Shown here in pieces: positions 13,076-24,546 of a stretch of 64,000 bases of DNA. Numbering within the stretch: the stretch's first letter is position 1; every line of letters begins with the position of its first letter. Position numbers and translations under genes: made by a program. Source of the DNA: Hemiscyllium ocellatum. Taxonomy: Eukaryota. Location of the stretch: contig NC_083435.1 in assembly GCF_020745735.1 (NCBI RefSeq), positions 33,479,231 through 33,543,230 on the forward strand, given 5' to 3'. The notes beneath the pieces were generated by a model, which saw only the letters and a program-made list of their open reading frames with translations, made no database searches and was not told the DNA's origin.

Positions 13076-13379
13076 TTCTAGATCATAACTGACCAGCTAT
13101 CGCAATTCGATGCTTTCAAACCATGCCCATTTGCGTGATGTCATTAATAACTATGTAAAGTCTATAAATCACGGTCATGGAGTGCTTTATTAATAAGTTC
13201 ACAACACCTTCTGGTAATGAACTCCAAAAATACTAATCACTCTGTGAATGAATATCTTCCTGATTCTTAAATAACTCTATTGATTTGAATGTCAATAGCA
13301 AATGGAAACGTTTTATCAATATGTACAATCGCTTGCCCTTTAAGAATTTTGCATTTTTCTGATTTTGACTTGCATTCTT

Positions 13380-13800
13380 CTAATCTCCAAACAATAAAGT
13401 TCCATTTATCTCAATATCTCCTTAAAGGGCAATCTCAGCTGATGAACCTATCTTCAGCAATGTGATCAAAAAGCGCACAGTGCTGCAGCAATGGTATTGA
13501 CAGTGCTCTATACAAAAACAGCAAAATCCTTTCCTTTTGTCATCAAATTTTCTTGTGCTAATGCCCAGCATACCTTTCTTTCTGCCTCTGCATGCTCACT
13601 TTCAGTGACTTATGAACAAGGAGAAAGAAATTCCATTAGGATATCCATCCTTTCCTATCACTCACCATTTAAGAAATACTCTGAAACATTTTTGCTCCTT
13701 CATTATTATGGCTACCAAGCTAACATTAGCATATCTATTCAAATTCTCTGGTTTCTGTCTATTAACTAATCTATGCTGGTACAAGTTTTTTTTAATTTCC
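13380..13800 (-). mobile_element. Old CR1 RT fragment
   Basis: Minus strand 'ttcataagtcactgaaagtgagcatgcagaggcag...ggtatgctgggc' resembles the CR1 RT C-terminal region. Confidence 0.4.
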
Positions 13801-14267
13801 ATTCTTTCCTTTCTTGCAATGGTAGATGTTAACTGCTGAACTGTCAGATATATCTAGTAGATTTACTCTCCAGCATATGTTAGGTTAAACTCGCTCTGAA
13901 GTAAAGTGAGGTTTGTTAAGTCAAACGCAACCCCCAGTCTGTGTAATATGCCATAGGCTTTTTGATATGTATTTACTCCATCACTTTGTGCTGGTTATGA
14001 AAGCTGTAAAGCTGATGGACCTTATAGCAATCGGTGTGGTAATTGACAATATGTTGGACCTTTTCTTATACATTAAAAGAAAGGTTCAAAACATAGCTGG
14101 TTTAAACCTGACAGCACTCAGACCACAAGAAGCACAGTACTGATTATATTACAAATATGTTTTAGGATAAACATCTTACACGTTCCTCCCAACCAAACAA
14201 CTTGAGCCTTCCTTTGAAAGTCAACAGCGCAGTCATCCAGCTCTTTAGTTATGTAACCATTAGAAGA

Positions 14268-14578
14268 TATAGAACATGGAACGCAGAACAGGCTCTTTGG
14301 CCCTCGGTGTTGCACCGACGTGTAGATACAATCTGAAGCCTATCTATCCTATGTTATTCCATTTTCATCCATATGATAATCCAGTGACCATTTAAATGCC
14401 CTTCAAGTTGGTGAGTCTACTATTGTTGCAGACAGAGAGTTCTACGCTCCTACTACTGTCTGAGTAAAAAAACTACCTCTGGTATCTGTCGTCTAGCCAT
14501 CGCCCCTCAGTTTAAAACTATACCCCCTCAAACCAGCCATCGCCATCCGCGGAAAAGGGCTATTACTGTCCTCCCTAC
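14268..14578 (-). mobile_element. CR1 (HER1-type) 3' end
   Basis: 'tagaacatggaacgcagaacaggctctttggccctcggtgttgcaccgac' matches the 3' UTR of the intact copy at 17731-17800. Confidence 0.8.
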
Positions 14579-14579
14579 T

Positions 14580-15330
14580 AGTTCGTTTTCAGAAACTTTG
14601 TAGCTTCAGTTGAGGTTCTGGATTTGGGTTTGCTCGCTCCGCTAGAAAGTTCATTTTCAACGTTTTGTCAACATACCAGCTAACATCATCAGTGAACATT
14701 AGGAGGAAGCATGACCCGCTTTCTATTGATGTGTTTAGGTTTACTTGGTTGGTGGTGTCATTTCCTGTGGTGACGTTATTTCCTGTGTTGATATCCATTC
14801 ATTTACTTTATCTCAGGGGGTGGTAAATAGGATCGAAGTCAATGTGTTTGTCGATAGAATTCCGGTTGGAAGGTCATGCTTCTTGGAATTCTTGTGCGTA
14901 TCTCTATTTGACTTATGCTTGAATGGATGTGTTATCCCACTGGATGTACTGTCCTTCCTCATCTGTATGTAAGGATACTAGTGAGAATGGATCATGTGTT
15001 TTTTTCGTTGCTAGCACATGTATCCTGGTAGCTAGTTTTCTGCCTGTTTGTCCAATGTAGTGTTTGTTACAGTTCCTGCAAGGTATTTTATGAATGAAAC
15101 TACTTTTATTTGTTGTCTTTCAAGGGTCTTTAAAGGGTATTTCAAGTTCATCAGCTGCGTTTTTAGTGTGTTGATGGGTTTGAAGGCTACCATGATGCCA
15201 AGAGATCGGAGTCGTCTGGCAGACATTTCCAAGATGTATTTGATGTAGGGGAGAGTGGCTAGGGCACCTGGACGTGTTTTTGTCTACTTGGTGGAGTTCG
15301 TTGCTGAGAAAACAAATCTTCCAGCTCATC
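14580..15330 (-). mobile_element. 5'-truncated Penelope-like element (GIY-YIG region and pLTR)
   Basis: Minus-strand translation pieces LPYIKYI..MSARRLRSLGIMVAFKPINTLK, IPCRNCNKHYIGQTGRKLATRI and EFQEA; pLTR with decayed hammerhead motif at 14655-14696. Confidence 0.85.
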
Positions 15331-15919
15331 GAGCATACCTACATCCAGTTCTCCCTAGCGAACCCTCTGATTAGCAAGCTTCATGGCATGTGATAAAAAA
15401 AACAGAACCAGAATTTTTAAAAATCGAAACGCATAAAGTATGAACAAATATAACTTCCCTGATCAATTTTGATCTGTTGTTTCTATCGCCTAATCTGAAT
15501 TTTAAAGGACTTTGTACGGAGTTAACATAAAACTGAATGCTATTGGTAACGACTGAAACCAATATGATTGTATGCACGTTGAAGGCAGGTGAATGTAAAT
15601 TGGGGGATCAGTTTAATGGGCACCGAAATGAATTTTGTATCACCATTCCAGACCCTTGAATTCTCCATCTCATTGAATGGATGTCAAAGGTGTCACACTT
15701 GTCAGTAAACTCAAGCAGATTTCAACGGGTAAAATTTAATGTTCTGTAAAATATTTCCTCAGTGCTTTGCCGTCACAGAAAGCTGTTATTATGCTGTGTA
15801 TCGAATTATTAAACCTGCAACTATTTACATATTAAAAATGGGGAAAAAACCCTTTAAAGATGAAGTGATCCTAAAATTAACATTTGAATCACAGTTACAA
15901 CACAGTAAACGAAAGAACA

Positions 15920-16840
15920 GTTAATGAAGAACGCCCGAGCAGAGTCTACAGGAAAGCCACACACACAGACCAGATGCTTAAATGTAAAAGCGATCATCCG
16001 AACATCCACAAATGGAGCTGCATAAGGACGTTATTTAAACAGGCCACAGCACACTGCAGAACCCAGTAACTACGAGCAGATGAAAACTATGTATTCGAGA
16101 AGAACGGGCACCCAATTAACACAGTCCTCTGATTCTTAAACAACAAACCCAAACAAGAAGACAAAATATGCCCAAATACTCTAACTACATTAACACACAA
16201 CAATGACATCTCTACCAGATGACTTCGTCTCCTTAGCAATATCGTAGCCCACAAACCTATCAACACACTTAAACATTGGCTGACGACAAACACATTTAAA
16301 CAGTGGCTGATGAACCTCAAGGTCACTACACAAACAAGCACCAAAACCCATGTAATTTACCAAATGAAATGTAAGGACTGTAAGAAACACTGCACCAGAC
16401 AGTCAGAAAACTCGCCATCAGGCTATAAGAACAATAACTAGCCACCAAAGAACATGACCAACTATCACTAGTATCCTTTTTTATAGGTGAAGGGCACCAC
16501 TTCGACTGGGACAACACATCCATCCGAGGAGAACCTAAACATGGAGACACACGCGAATTCCCAGAGGCTCGCATTCAACTGGAACTTCATTGATAAACGC
16601 ATCGATTTGGACACAATTTACCAACCTCTGAGGAAAATAACCCGAAATGGTATTACTCACTTTAAGAGACCAAGACACATAGATAGAAAGTGGGACATAT
16701 CACAATGCTTCATTGGAGGCTCACCGATGATGTTACCTAGCATGGTGATGAAACATCTGACAACAAATCTTCCAGCTTAGTGACAAAAGTTACAGCCTGA
16801 ACCTGAACTTGAGCTACAAATCTTCTCCAAAATTGCAAAC
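15920..16840 (+). mobile_element. 5'-truncated Penelope-like element (RT thumb, GIY-YIG, pLTR), same family as 14580-15330
   Basis: RVYRKATHTDQML...SDHPNIHKWSCIRTLFKQATAHC; 'catgtaatttaccaaatgaaatgtaaggactgtaagaaacac'; pLTR 'ggctcaccgatgatgttacctagcatggtgatgaaacatctga'. Confidence 0.85.
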
Positions 16841-17229
16841 AGTAAATTAAGCTGCAAAATGCTGACTTTGATGCTGCAGAGGTGTGTGCAATGCACTTGG
16901 TAGTTCCTGAGAGCTCAATAATTTAAAGCAGGAAAAAGAGAATGCGGGAGTAATATTCAGTACATTCTGCCTGTCTTTACATCTGCAATCAGAATGATAT
17001 CTGAACTCTCGGAACCATCAGGAAAAAGATGCTCACTTTAGCAGCATTGACTAGTTTAATAATTGTTCCTTACATCACTGGCGCTCCATTGTTAATGTTT
17101 CCTATCCACAGGAGAAACTGGAGTATTTCACAAAGTTTCACGGGCAGTATCGCTTTCTCCCACCTCATAAACAGACAAGTGGAACAGTCCAAAGTTCTCA
17201 GATTAGACATCATCCTAATTGAGAAAACG

Positions 17230-17385
17230 AACCACATTCCTGATGAAAAGCTCATGCTCGAATCGTCGATTCTCCTGCTCATTTGATGCTGTCTTGCTGA
17301 CAGTCCTTTGTGAGCACCACACATTCCGACTTGGATCTCCAGCATCTGCAGTCCTCACTTTCTCCTCGCATATAATACATTCATC
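17230..17385 (+). mobile_element. Penelope-derived short repeat with decayed hammerhead motif
   Basis: 'ttcctgatgaaaagctcatgctcgaatcgtcgattctcctgctc...ctccagcatctgcagtcctcactttctcc'. Confidence 0.7.
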
Positions 17386-17817
17386 CTGATTGCGTGAAGA
17401 TCCTGAAGCTCAGATCTTAACAGTGAACTTCTTCTTGGACATCAATGTCTCCATAAGCCGAGCAATGATCATCTGTTAAACACTAACCAAAGGTGGAGAA
17501 CTACCATACATGTGATGATATAGACAATTCTGCACAACGACTTATTATTTGGGAACACAGAGGTGGTTTCGTTGACATTACAAGTCTCTTAAACTCACTA
17601 TTTTTGAGACTTCTGCTGAGGAATGCAAAAAAGGGCACCATATTTTATGAGTCACTTTCGCTAATAGTTGCGATCCATTGAGCCTGGTAATGCTCTGACA
17701 AGTTCCCATTGAACATGGGACTTATTGACATAGAACATAGAACATAGAACATAGAAGGATACAGCGCAGTACAGGCCCTTCGGCCCTCGATGTTGCGCCG
17801 ACCGAATCCTACCTAAC

Positions 17818-20721
17818 CTATACTAGCCCAATAACTTCCAAATGCCTATCCAATGCCCGCTTAAATGACCATAAAGAAGGAGAGTTCACCACTGATACGG
17901 GCAGGGCATTCCATGAACTCACAACCCGCTGTGTGAAGAATCTACCCCTAACATCTGTCCTATACCTACCACCCCTTAATTTAAAGCTATGTCCCCTAGT
18001 AACACCTGCCTCCATTAGCGGTAAAAGGTTCTTAGTATCTACCCTATCTAAACCCCTAATCATCTTATACACTTCTATCAGATCTCCCCTAAACCTTCTC
18101 TTCTCCAATGAGAACAGCCCCAAGTGCCTCAGCCTTTCCTCATAAGATTTTCCTACCATTCCAGGCAACATCCTGGTAAACCTCCTCTGCACTCGTTCTA
18201 AAGCTTCCACATCCTTCCTATAGTATGGCGACCAAAACTGCACACAATACTCCAGATGAGGCCGCACCAGAGTCTTATACAGTTGCAACATGACCTCAGG
18301 ACTCCGGAACTCAATTCCTCTGCCAATAAAGCCCAGTACACCATATGCCTTCCTCACAGCACTATTTACCTGGGTGGCAACTTTCAGAGATCTGTGTACA
18401 TGGACACCAAGATCCCTCTGCTCATCCACACTACCAAGTAGCCTACCATTAGCCCAGTAATCCATCATCTTGTTATTCCTACCAAAGTGAACGACTTCGC
18501 ACTTAGCTACATTGAATTCCATTTGCCACATTTCCGCCCAGCTCTGCAACTTATCTATATCCCGCTGTAACCTACCACTTCCTTCCTCACTATCCACAAC
18601 TCCACCGACTTTTGTGTCATCCGCAAACTTGCTTACCCAGCTTTCAAGTCCTTCCTCTAGATCATTTATAAAGATAACAAAAAGCAATGGTCCCAAAACA
18701 GATCCTTGTGGTACACCGCTAGTAACTGCACTCCAAGATGAACATAATCCATCAACTACTACCCTCTGTCTCCTTCCAGCCAGCCAATTCCTAATCCAAA
18801 CCTCTAATGTATCCTCAATGCCATACCTCCGAAGTTTTAGCATTAGCCTACCATGGGGAACCTTATCGAACGCTTTACTAAAATCCATATACACAACATC
18901 TACTGCTTTACCCTCATCCACTTCCTTAGTCACCTTCTCGAAGAACTCAATAAGGTTTGTGAGGCACGACCTGCCCTTCACAAAACCATGCTGGCTATCC
19001 CTGATCACGTTATTCCTACCCAGATGTTCATAAATCTTATCCCTTACCATTCTCTCTAAGACTTTGCCCACCACTGAAGTCAGACTCACTGGCCTATAGT
19101 TGCTAGGGCTATCCCTACTCCCTTTCTTGAACAATGGGACCACATTCGCTATCCTCCAGTCCTCTGGTACTATTCCTGTTGACAACGACGACATAAAAAT
19201 CCAGGCCAATGGCTCTGCTATCTCCTCCCTAGCTTCCCATAGGATCCTGGGGTAAATGCCATCAGGCCCAGGAGACTTATCTATATTCATCCTTTCCAAT
19301 ATTCCCAAAACCTCTTCCCTGCATACTTCCAGGGCATCCATTCTAATTATTTGTGATTCCATATTCACATCAGCAACAGTGTCCTGTTCCTGAGTGAATA
19401 CTGATGAAAAGTACTGATTTAATGTCTCTCCAATCTCCTCCGCCTCCACACACAACTTCCCACTACTATCCTTGACTGGACCGATACCTACCCTAGTCAT
19501 CCTTTTATTCTTGACGTACCTATAGAAAGCCTTTGGGTTTTCCCTAATCCTACCAGCTAAAGACTTTTCATGTCCCCTTCTCGCTTCTCTTAGCTCCCTC
19601 TTTAGCTCCTTCCTGGCTACCTTATAACTCTCAATCGCCCCTACTGAACCTTCACGCCTCATCTTTACATATGCCGCCTTCTTCCCTTTCACAAGGGACT
19701 CCAATTCCTTACTAAACCACGGCTGCCTCACAAGGCCCTTTACGCCATGCCTGACTGGTACATACCTATCGAGGACACGCAGTAGCTGCTCCTTGAACAC
19801 TCCCCACATCTCATTAGTGTTCTTCTCTTGAAGCCTGTTTTTCCAATCCACACATCCTAAGTCATGCCTCACTGCATCATAATTTCCCTGCCCCCAGCTA
19901 TAGCTCTTGCCCTGCGGCACACGATTATCCCTCTCCATCACTAAAGTAAAAGTCACCGAGTTGTGGTCACTGTCCCCGAAGTGCTCACCTACCTCCAAGT
20001 CTAACACCTGGCCTGGTTCATTACCTAGAACCAAATCCAATATAGCCTCCCCTCTTGTTGGCCTGTCGACATATTGTGTCAGGAAACCCTCCTGCACACA
20101 TTGTACAAACACCGACCCATCTAATGAACTCGAGCTATAGCTCTCCCAGTCAATATCTGGGAAGTTAAAGTCCCCCATAACAACCACCCTGCTACCTTCA
20201 CTCTTTTCCTGAATCATCCTCGCAATATTATCCTCTACTTCTCTAGGACTATTAGGAGGCCTGTAGAAAACACCTAACAGAGTGACCTCACCTTTCCTAT
20301 TTCTAACCTCAGCCCAAACTACCTCAGATGGCAAGTCCTCTTCCATCGTCCATTCCACTGCTGTGATACTGTCTTTGACAAGTAATGCCACGCCTCCCCC
20401 TTTTTTACCCCCATGTCTGATCCTACTAAAACATTTGAACCCTGGAACGTGCAACAGCCATTCTTGTCCCTGTTCTACCCACGTCTCTGTAATGGCCACA
20501 ACATCGAAGTCCCAGGTACCAACCCACGCTGCAAGTTCACCTACCTTATTCCTTATACTTCTGGCATTGAAGTATACACACTTCAATCCACCTTTCTGGT
20601 TACAGGCACCCTCCTTAGAGATCGCTGCATTATTCCTAACCTCCCTACACTCAAGGTCCTGTACCCTAAAGCTACAGTCCTGGTTCCCATGCCCCCGCGG
20701 AGTTAGTTTAAACCCTCCCAA
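17818..20721 (-). CDS. CR1 ORF2: APE endonuclease and reverse transcriptase (967 aa open frame; the annotated start is TTG, not ATG)
   Basis: Endonuclease motifs FNARS, ITETW, YRPP, GDFN, SDH; RT motifs NYRPVSL, QHGF, DFSKAFD, QGSVLGP, FADD. No internal stops. Confidence 0.95.
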   Translation of the reverse strand: MGGFKLTPRGHGNQDCSFRVQDLECREVRNNAAISKEGACNQKGGLKCVYFNARSIRNKVGELAAWVGTWDFDVVAITETWVEQGQEWLLHVPGFKCFSRIRHGGKKGGGVALLVKDSITAVEWTMEEDLPSEVVWAEVRNRKGEVTLLGVFYRPPNSPREVEDNIARMIQEKSEGSRVVVMGDFNFPDIDWESYSSSSLDGSVFVQCVQEGFLTQYVDRPTRGEAILDLVLGNEPGQVLDLEVGEHFGDSDHNSVTFTLVMERDNRVPQGKSYSWGQGNYDAVRHDLGCVDWKNRLQEKNTNEMWGVFKEQLLRVLDRYVPVRHGVKGLVRQPWFSKELESLVKGKKAAYVKMRREGSVGAIESYKVARKELKRELREARRGHEKSLAGRIRENPKAFYRYVKNKRMTRVGIGPVKDSSGKLCVEAEEIGETLNQYFSSVFTQEQDTVADVNMESQIIRMDALEVCREEVLGILERMNIDKSPGPDGIYPRILWEAREEIAEPLAWIFMSSLSTGIVPEDWRIANVVPLFKKGSRDSPSNYRPVSLTSVVGKVLERMVRDKIYEHLGRNNVIRDSQHGFVKGRSCLTNLIEFFEKVTKEVDEGKAVDVVYMDFSKAFDKVPHGRLMLKLRRYGIEDTLEVWIRNWLAGRRQRVVVDGLCSSWSAVTSGVPQGSVLGPLLFVIFINDLEEGLESWVSKFADDTKVGGVVDSEEGSGRLQRDIDKLQSWAEMWQMEFNVAKCEVVHFGRNNKMMDYWANGRLLGSVDEQRDLGVHVHRSLKVATQVNSAVRKAYGVLGFIGRGIEFRSPEVMLQLYKTLVRPHLEYCVQFWSPYYRKDVEALERVQRRFTRMLPGMVGKSYEERLRHLGLFSLEKRRFRGDLIEVYKMIRGLDRVDTKNLLPLMEAGVTRGHSFKLRGGRYRTDVRGRFFTQRVVSSWNALPVSVVNSPSLWSFKRALDRHLEVIGLV

Positions 20722-21629
20722 AGAGCACTAGCAAACCTCCCCCCAAGGATACTGGTGCCCCTCAGGTTCAAGTGTAGACCATCCTTTTTATAGAGGTCCC
20801 ACCTTCCCCAGAAAGGACCCCAGTTATCCAGAAACCGGAATCCCTCCCTCCTGCACCATCCCTGTAGCCACGCATTTAACTGCTCTCTCTCCCTGTTCCT
20901 CGACTCTCTATCACGTGGCACGGGTAACAAACCAGAGACTACAACTCTGTTTGTTCTAACTCTGAGCTTCCAACCTAGCTCCCTGAAAGCCTGCCTTACA
21001 TCCTCACCCTTCTTCCTACCTATATCGTTGGTGCCAACGTGGACCACGATCTGGGGCTGCTCCCCCTCCCCCTTAAGGACCCGGAAAACACGATCAGCGA
21101 CATCACGTACCCTTGCACCTGGGAGGCAACATACCAAACGTGAGTCCCTGTCGCCCCCACAAAACCGTCTGTCTGTACCCCTCACTATCGAGTCCCCAAG
21201 AACAATTGCTCTACCTTTCTCCACCCTACCCTTCTGAGCAACGGGGCCAGGCTCCGTGCCAGAGGCCTGAACCTCGTTGCTTGCCCCTGGTAAGTCATCC
21301 CCCCCACAAGTATCCAAAACGGTATACTTGTTCTTGAGGGGAATGACCGCAGGGGGTCCCTGCACTGGCTTCCTCCTCCCACTCCCCCTCACTGTCACCC
21401 ATCTATCTTGAACTTTCGGAGTAACTACTTGCCTATAGCTCTGATCTATGACCTCCTCTGCCTCCCGAATGATCCGCAGTTCATCCAACTCCAGCTCCAG
21501 TTCCCTAACACGGGTTTGGAGGAGCTGGAGATGGGTGCACTTCTTGCAAGTGTACTCAGCAGGGACGCTAATGGCTTCCCTCACCTCATACATGTTGCAA
21601 GAGGAACATTGCCCTCTCTGCACTGCCAT
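20703..21629 (-). CDS. CR1 ORF1: zinc finger, coiled coil and SGNH esterase (308 aa)
   Basis: CSSC..CKKC zinc finger, LQTRVRELELELDEL heptads, and SGNH blocks GDS, PGA, GTND, DGLH all present. Confidence 0.95.
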   Translation of the reverse strand: MAVQRGQCSSCNMYEVREAISVPAEYTCKKCTHLQLLQTRVRELELELDELRIIREAEEVIDQSYRQVVTPKVQDRWVTVRGSGRRKPVQGPPAVIPLKNKYTVLDTCGGDDLPGASNEVQASGTEPGPVAQKGRVEKGRAIVLGDSIVRGTDRRFCGGDRDSRLVCCLPGARVRDVADRVFRVLKGEGEQPQIVVHVGTNDIGRKKGEDVRQAFRELGWKLRVRTNRVVVSGLLPVPRDRESRNREREQLNAWLQGWCRREGFRFLDNWGPFWGRWDLYKKDGLHLNLRGTSILGGRFASALWEGLN

Positions 21630-24497
21630 CCCTAACTGACATGTTGAGTGATAAAGACTTATAAAAGATAATTGGCTTGTACCTTGGCTAGACTGGCTTT
21701 AGCATGCCCACACGGATATTTGCAGATATAGTTTGGAAAGCTTAATCTGGAGCTGCAGCAAGATTGGAAGCTCTGGCTCCTGGAAGGAAAAGTATAAATC
21801 AAGTGATGAGCAAGAAATACAACTGAAATGAAGCATAGCCTTTCAAGGTCACAATAAAAGAAACGAAAGGAGGATGCTTGTTGCATATGCAAAAGGCTTG
21901 ATGATTTGAAAGCAAAACTTGATTTAATTGGTTATGATTTATTTAGTTAGTTATTTGGCTCAAAGACTGGTGTTCGAAAAAAAGGTTTTCAATTCATGCA
22001 CCCTGGAAAAAGACGAAGAACTGCTGTTTGGAAGACCTTAGCCTCTCTTGTGGTCACTGAAATCAAATCATTTATTTAATTAAATGATCATTACAACTGG
22101 AGTTAGTGATATAAGTTTTTCTTTTCTCACACATAAGGAGAAATTTGAAAACATGAACTAGATTGCGCCAGAACACAATGTCGGCGAAAGAATCACGTGC
22201 CCAAAATTTGAAATTCTGGATTGGTGAACAGAAAGGGTAAAATTCGGCCTGAATGAAGACTTGCAGCTAGGAGCTATCAGCTCCAGAGAAAAGCCGAAAG
22301 TTAGGTTAAATGAGTCATAAAAACTTAATGGTTACCAAAGGTTGTAAGTTGGACATGCTTCAATCGCCCTTAGCTTCAGCCAGTGCCTGAGGGCATGCAC
22401 TTTATTTTCCACAGAATGGTAACAGTAAATGGTGTTGACACGAGTATATTGCGTGTTTTCAAAAGAGATCATGATCCATTTTCCAAAGGCTACAGAATGT
22501 TCATGAAGGTCTGGGGCAGAGTAGTTAATAAGTCACACGGGGAACCAACCCTCTATTCACCCCCGCTTCAATCCCCTCCTCTCCAGCTTGAAGACTCAGT
22601 GTAATATTCATAACAGAAAACTGTGGGGCAATCTGAGACCAAGGAGAATATCTGCCCTGAGCAACGGGGTTCACTTTGGAGAGGAAGGAGATGTCAATAG
22701 CCGAGCTCAAACACTTGGATCGTTTGGAGTAATATTCTTTCTCAAACGATAGAGCTAGACAGAGAGTGAATACAGTGGGGATTTGGGAAATGCTCACATG
22801 GTTCATTTAAGAATGAATATTTTGTTTAGAAGATCAAGTTGAACTGCAAAATGAATTTCGCTTCCCTGTGGCCTCCTCACTGACAAAATCTCTTGGGGGA
22901 AGTGTTTTAATGCATAAACTATTTGTAGTGATCAACGCACGGACAGCATTGGCGTCCCTGGACTGTTTTCAAAGTCCAAAGCCTAACTCTTTTCACTTTG
23001 AACTCTTAGACATCCCGTGTGAGTCTGAATAAGGGGTGCAGCTGCACAACTGCATGACCATGGTTCAAATAGTTGAAAGAAGCTGACTCTATTAATACTG
23101 TCAGTGGTGGTTCTGTCCCTTGATGACCCGATTTGTGTGCTCTTGATAAATCACGTGATTTCAGTCGTGGAACGGCAACACATACTGTTAATCTGTGGAT
23201 TTTTTTTTTGCCAGTTTTATTCGCTGACTCAGTGTCTTGCAAAACAATCGTGTCGGTCTAATTTTCCGTGATTTGCACTCTCAACACTCTCTACATAATC
23301 TGATCGACGTTACTGAAGACTCCGGTGAAATGTGTCCACAGATGCCTGACAAATTCAGTTGGGTGCTCTCGCTTTTGCTGCCAACACTAATTAATCCCTC
23401 CACAGGTCTGGCCTTTTTGTGTCCTATACTGACTAGTTTTAACATTGTCAAATGTGTAGCTCCCTTTCTCACATATTTTGAGGATTATTATCAGGGAGAA
23501 TGGACGTAGGAGCTCCAGTAGATATTAAACAAAATCAGAAACATATTCTGAAGACACTTCACTGTACATGAACCAAAAACTCTGCTTTCTCTCCAGATCA
23601 TGCCAGGCCTGCTGATTGTTTCCATCAATTTCTGATTAGCGAAATTACTCGACCTAGAATGCAGTTGCATCCTTTGTCGTCACGCTCATTAGAAGATCAC
23701 CCTCTAAGTCAGTGTGATTCGCCCCACGTTCTAATGAATAGACGCCCGATTAGAGATATTGAACTATTAATAGGCACAGACTTTACAGTACAAATTCGAT
23801 TCGAAACGTACAGACCGCATAAATGGAGCGGCTATCCCAATAGTAAAAAAGAAAAACGTGAAAACGTGTTTATTTGATGGGAAGTTGTGTGTAAAATAAG
23901 ATCCGGTGTAGCACATTTTCCAGCTTGGATTATTCCTTTGCTGTAGATTTTCAGGTTTCCACATGGTGGGATCTGGGGGTTGGAGATGTGGGAGGGATGG
24001 CGTTAAGGCCAGTCAGTCTGTTTGCAGAATTTTGCTCAATACAGCTAAAACCAAGTTCATCGGTCAAAGGGTGATGGAACCCAAAGCAATAGCCACCAAA
24101 CTCCACATGTTCCCAGTGGACCTCAGAAGTGGACCCAAATCCGAATATTGTCCTCAATCCAGACACTATATAAATTCTGACCCCGGTAAAAGACTAGCCC
24201 CAATTACCTTTTCAATTCAGGATGCTGGGCAGCATTCATTCTGACGCCTCAACTTTGGGACTGAACAGCAGTTAGCCCCATCAATTCCTGCCAGGAAAGG
24301 CGCACCTTTGCAAGCAGCAGCCCCATCAGGGAAATGGATATCTGGAGACATTCTATGCAAGAAAGTGTCCCATTCGGCGCTCTAGACCAGCGACAGAAGC
24401 AGTCATTCCCATTATCTCATCGAGAACTAGTGGAAGCGCAACTCCATGGCAGGCAGAGTCCCTCCACCTTGGCGGACCAATCGATTCCCCATCTTCC

Positions 24498-24546
24498 TTC
24501 CTCTCTCTCTCTCTCTCTCTCTCGCTCGCTCTCTCTCTCTCTCTCT
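24498..24546. repeat. (CT)n microsatellite
   Basis: Direct: CT run with a CGCT interruption. Confidence 0.9.

Larger units (their letters stand above)
17731..21636 (-). mobile_element. Young CR1 (HER1-type) LINE with both ORFs intact, truncated just upstream of ORF1
   Basis: Two uninterrupted ORFs, short 3' UTR, (TTCTATG)n tail at 17731-17756, and TGACAT at both ends. Confidence 0.95.

Noticed and set aside
17933-21639. Plus-strand ORFs of up to 173 aa overlapping the CR1
   Set aside because: Antisense shadows of the intact CR1 ORFs with no recognisable domains.
23955-24185. Open 231-nt block bounded by AG and GT
   Set aside because: Weak donor (gtaaaa) and no recognisable protein motif.
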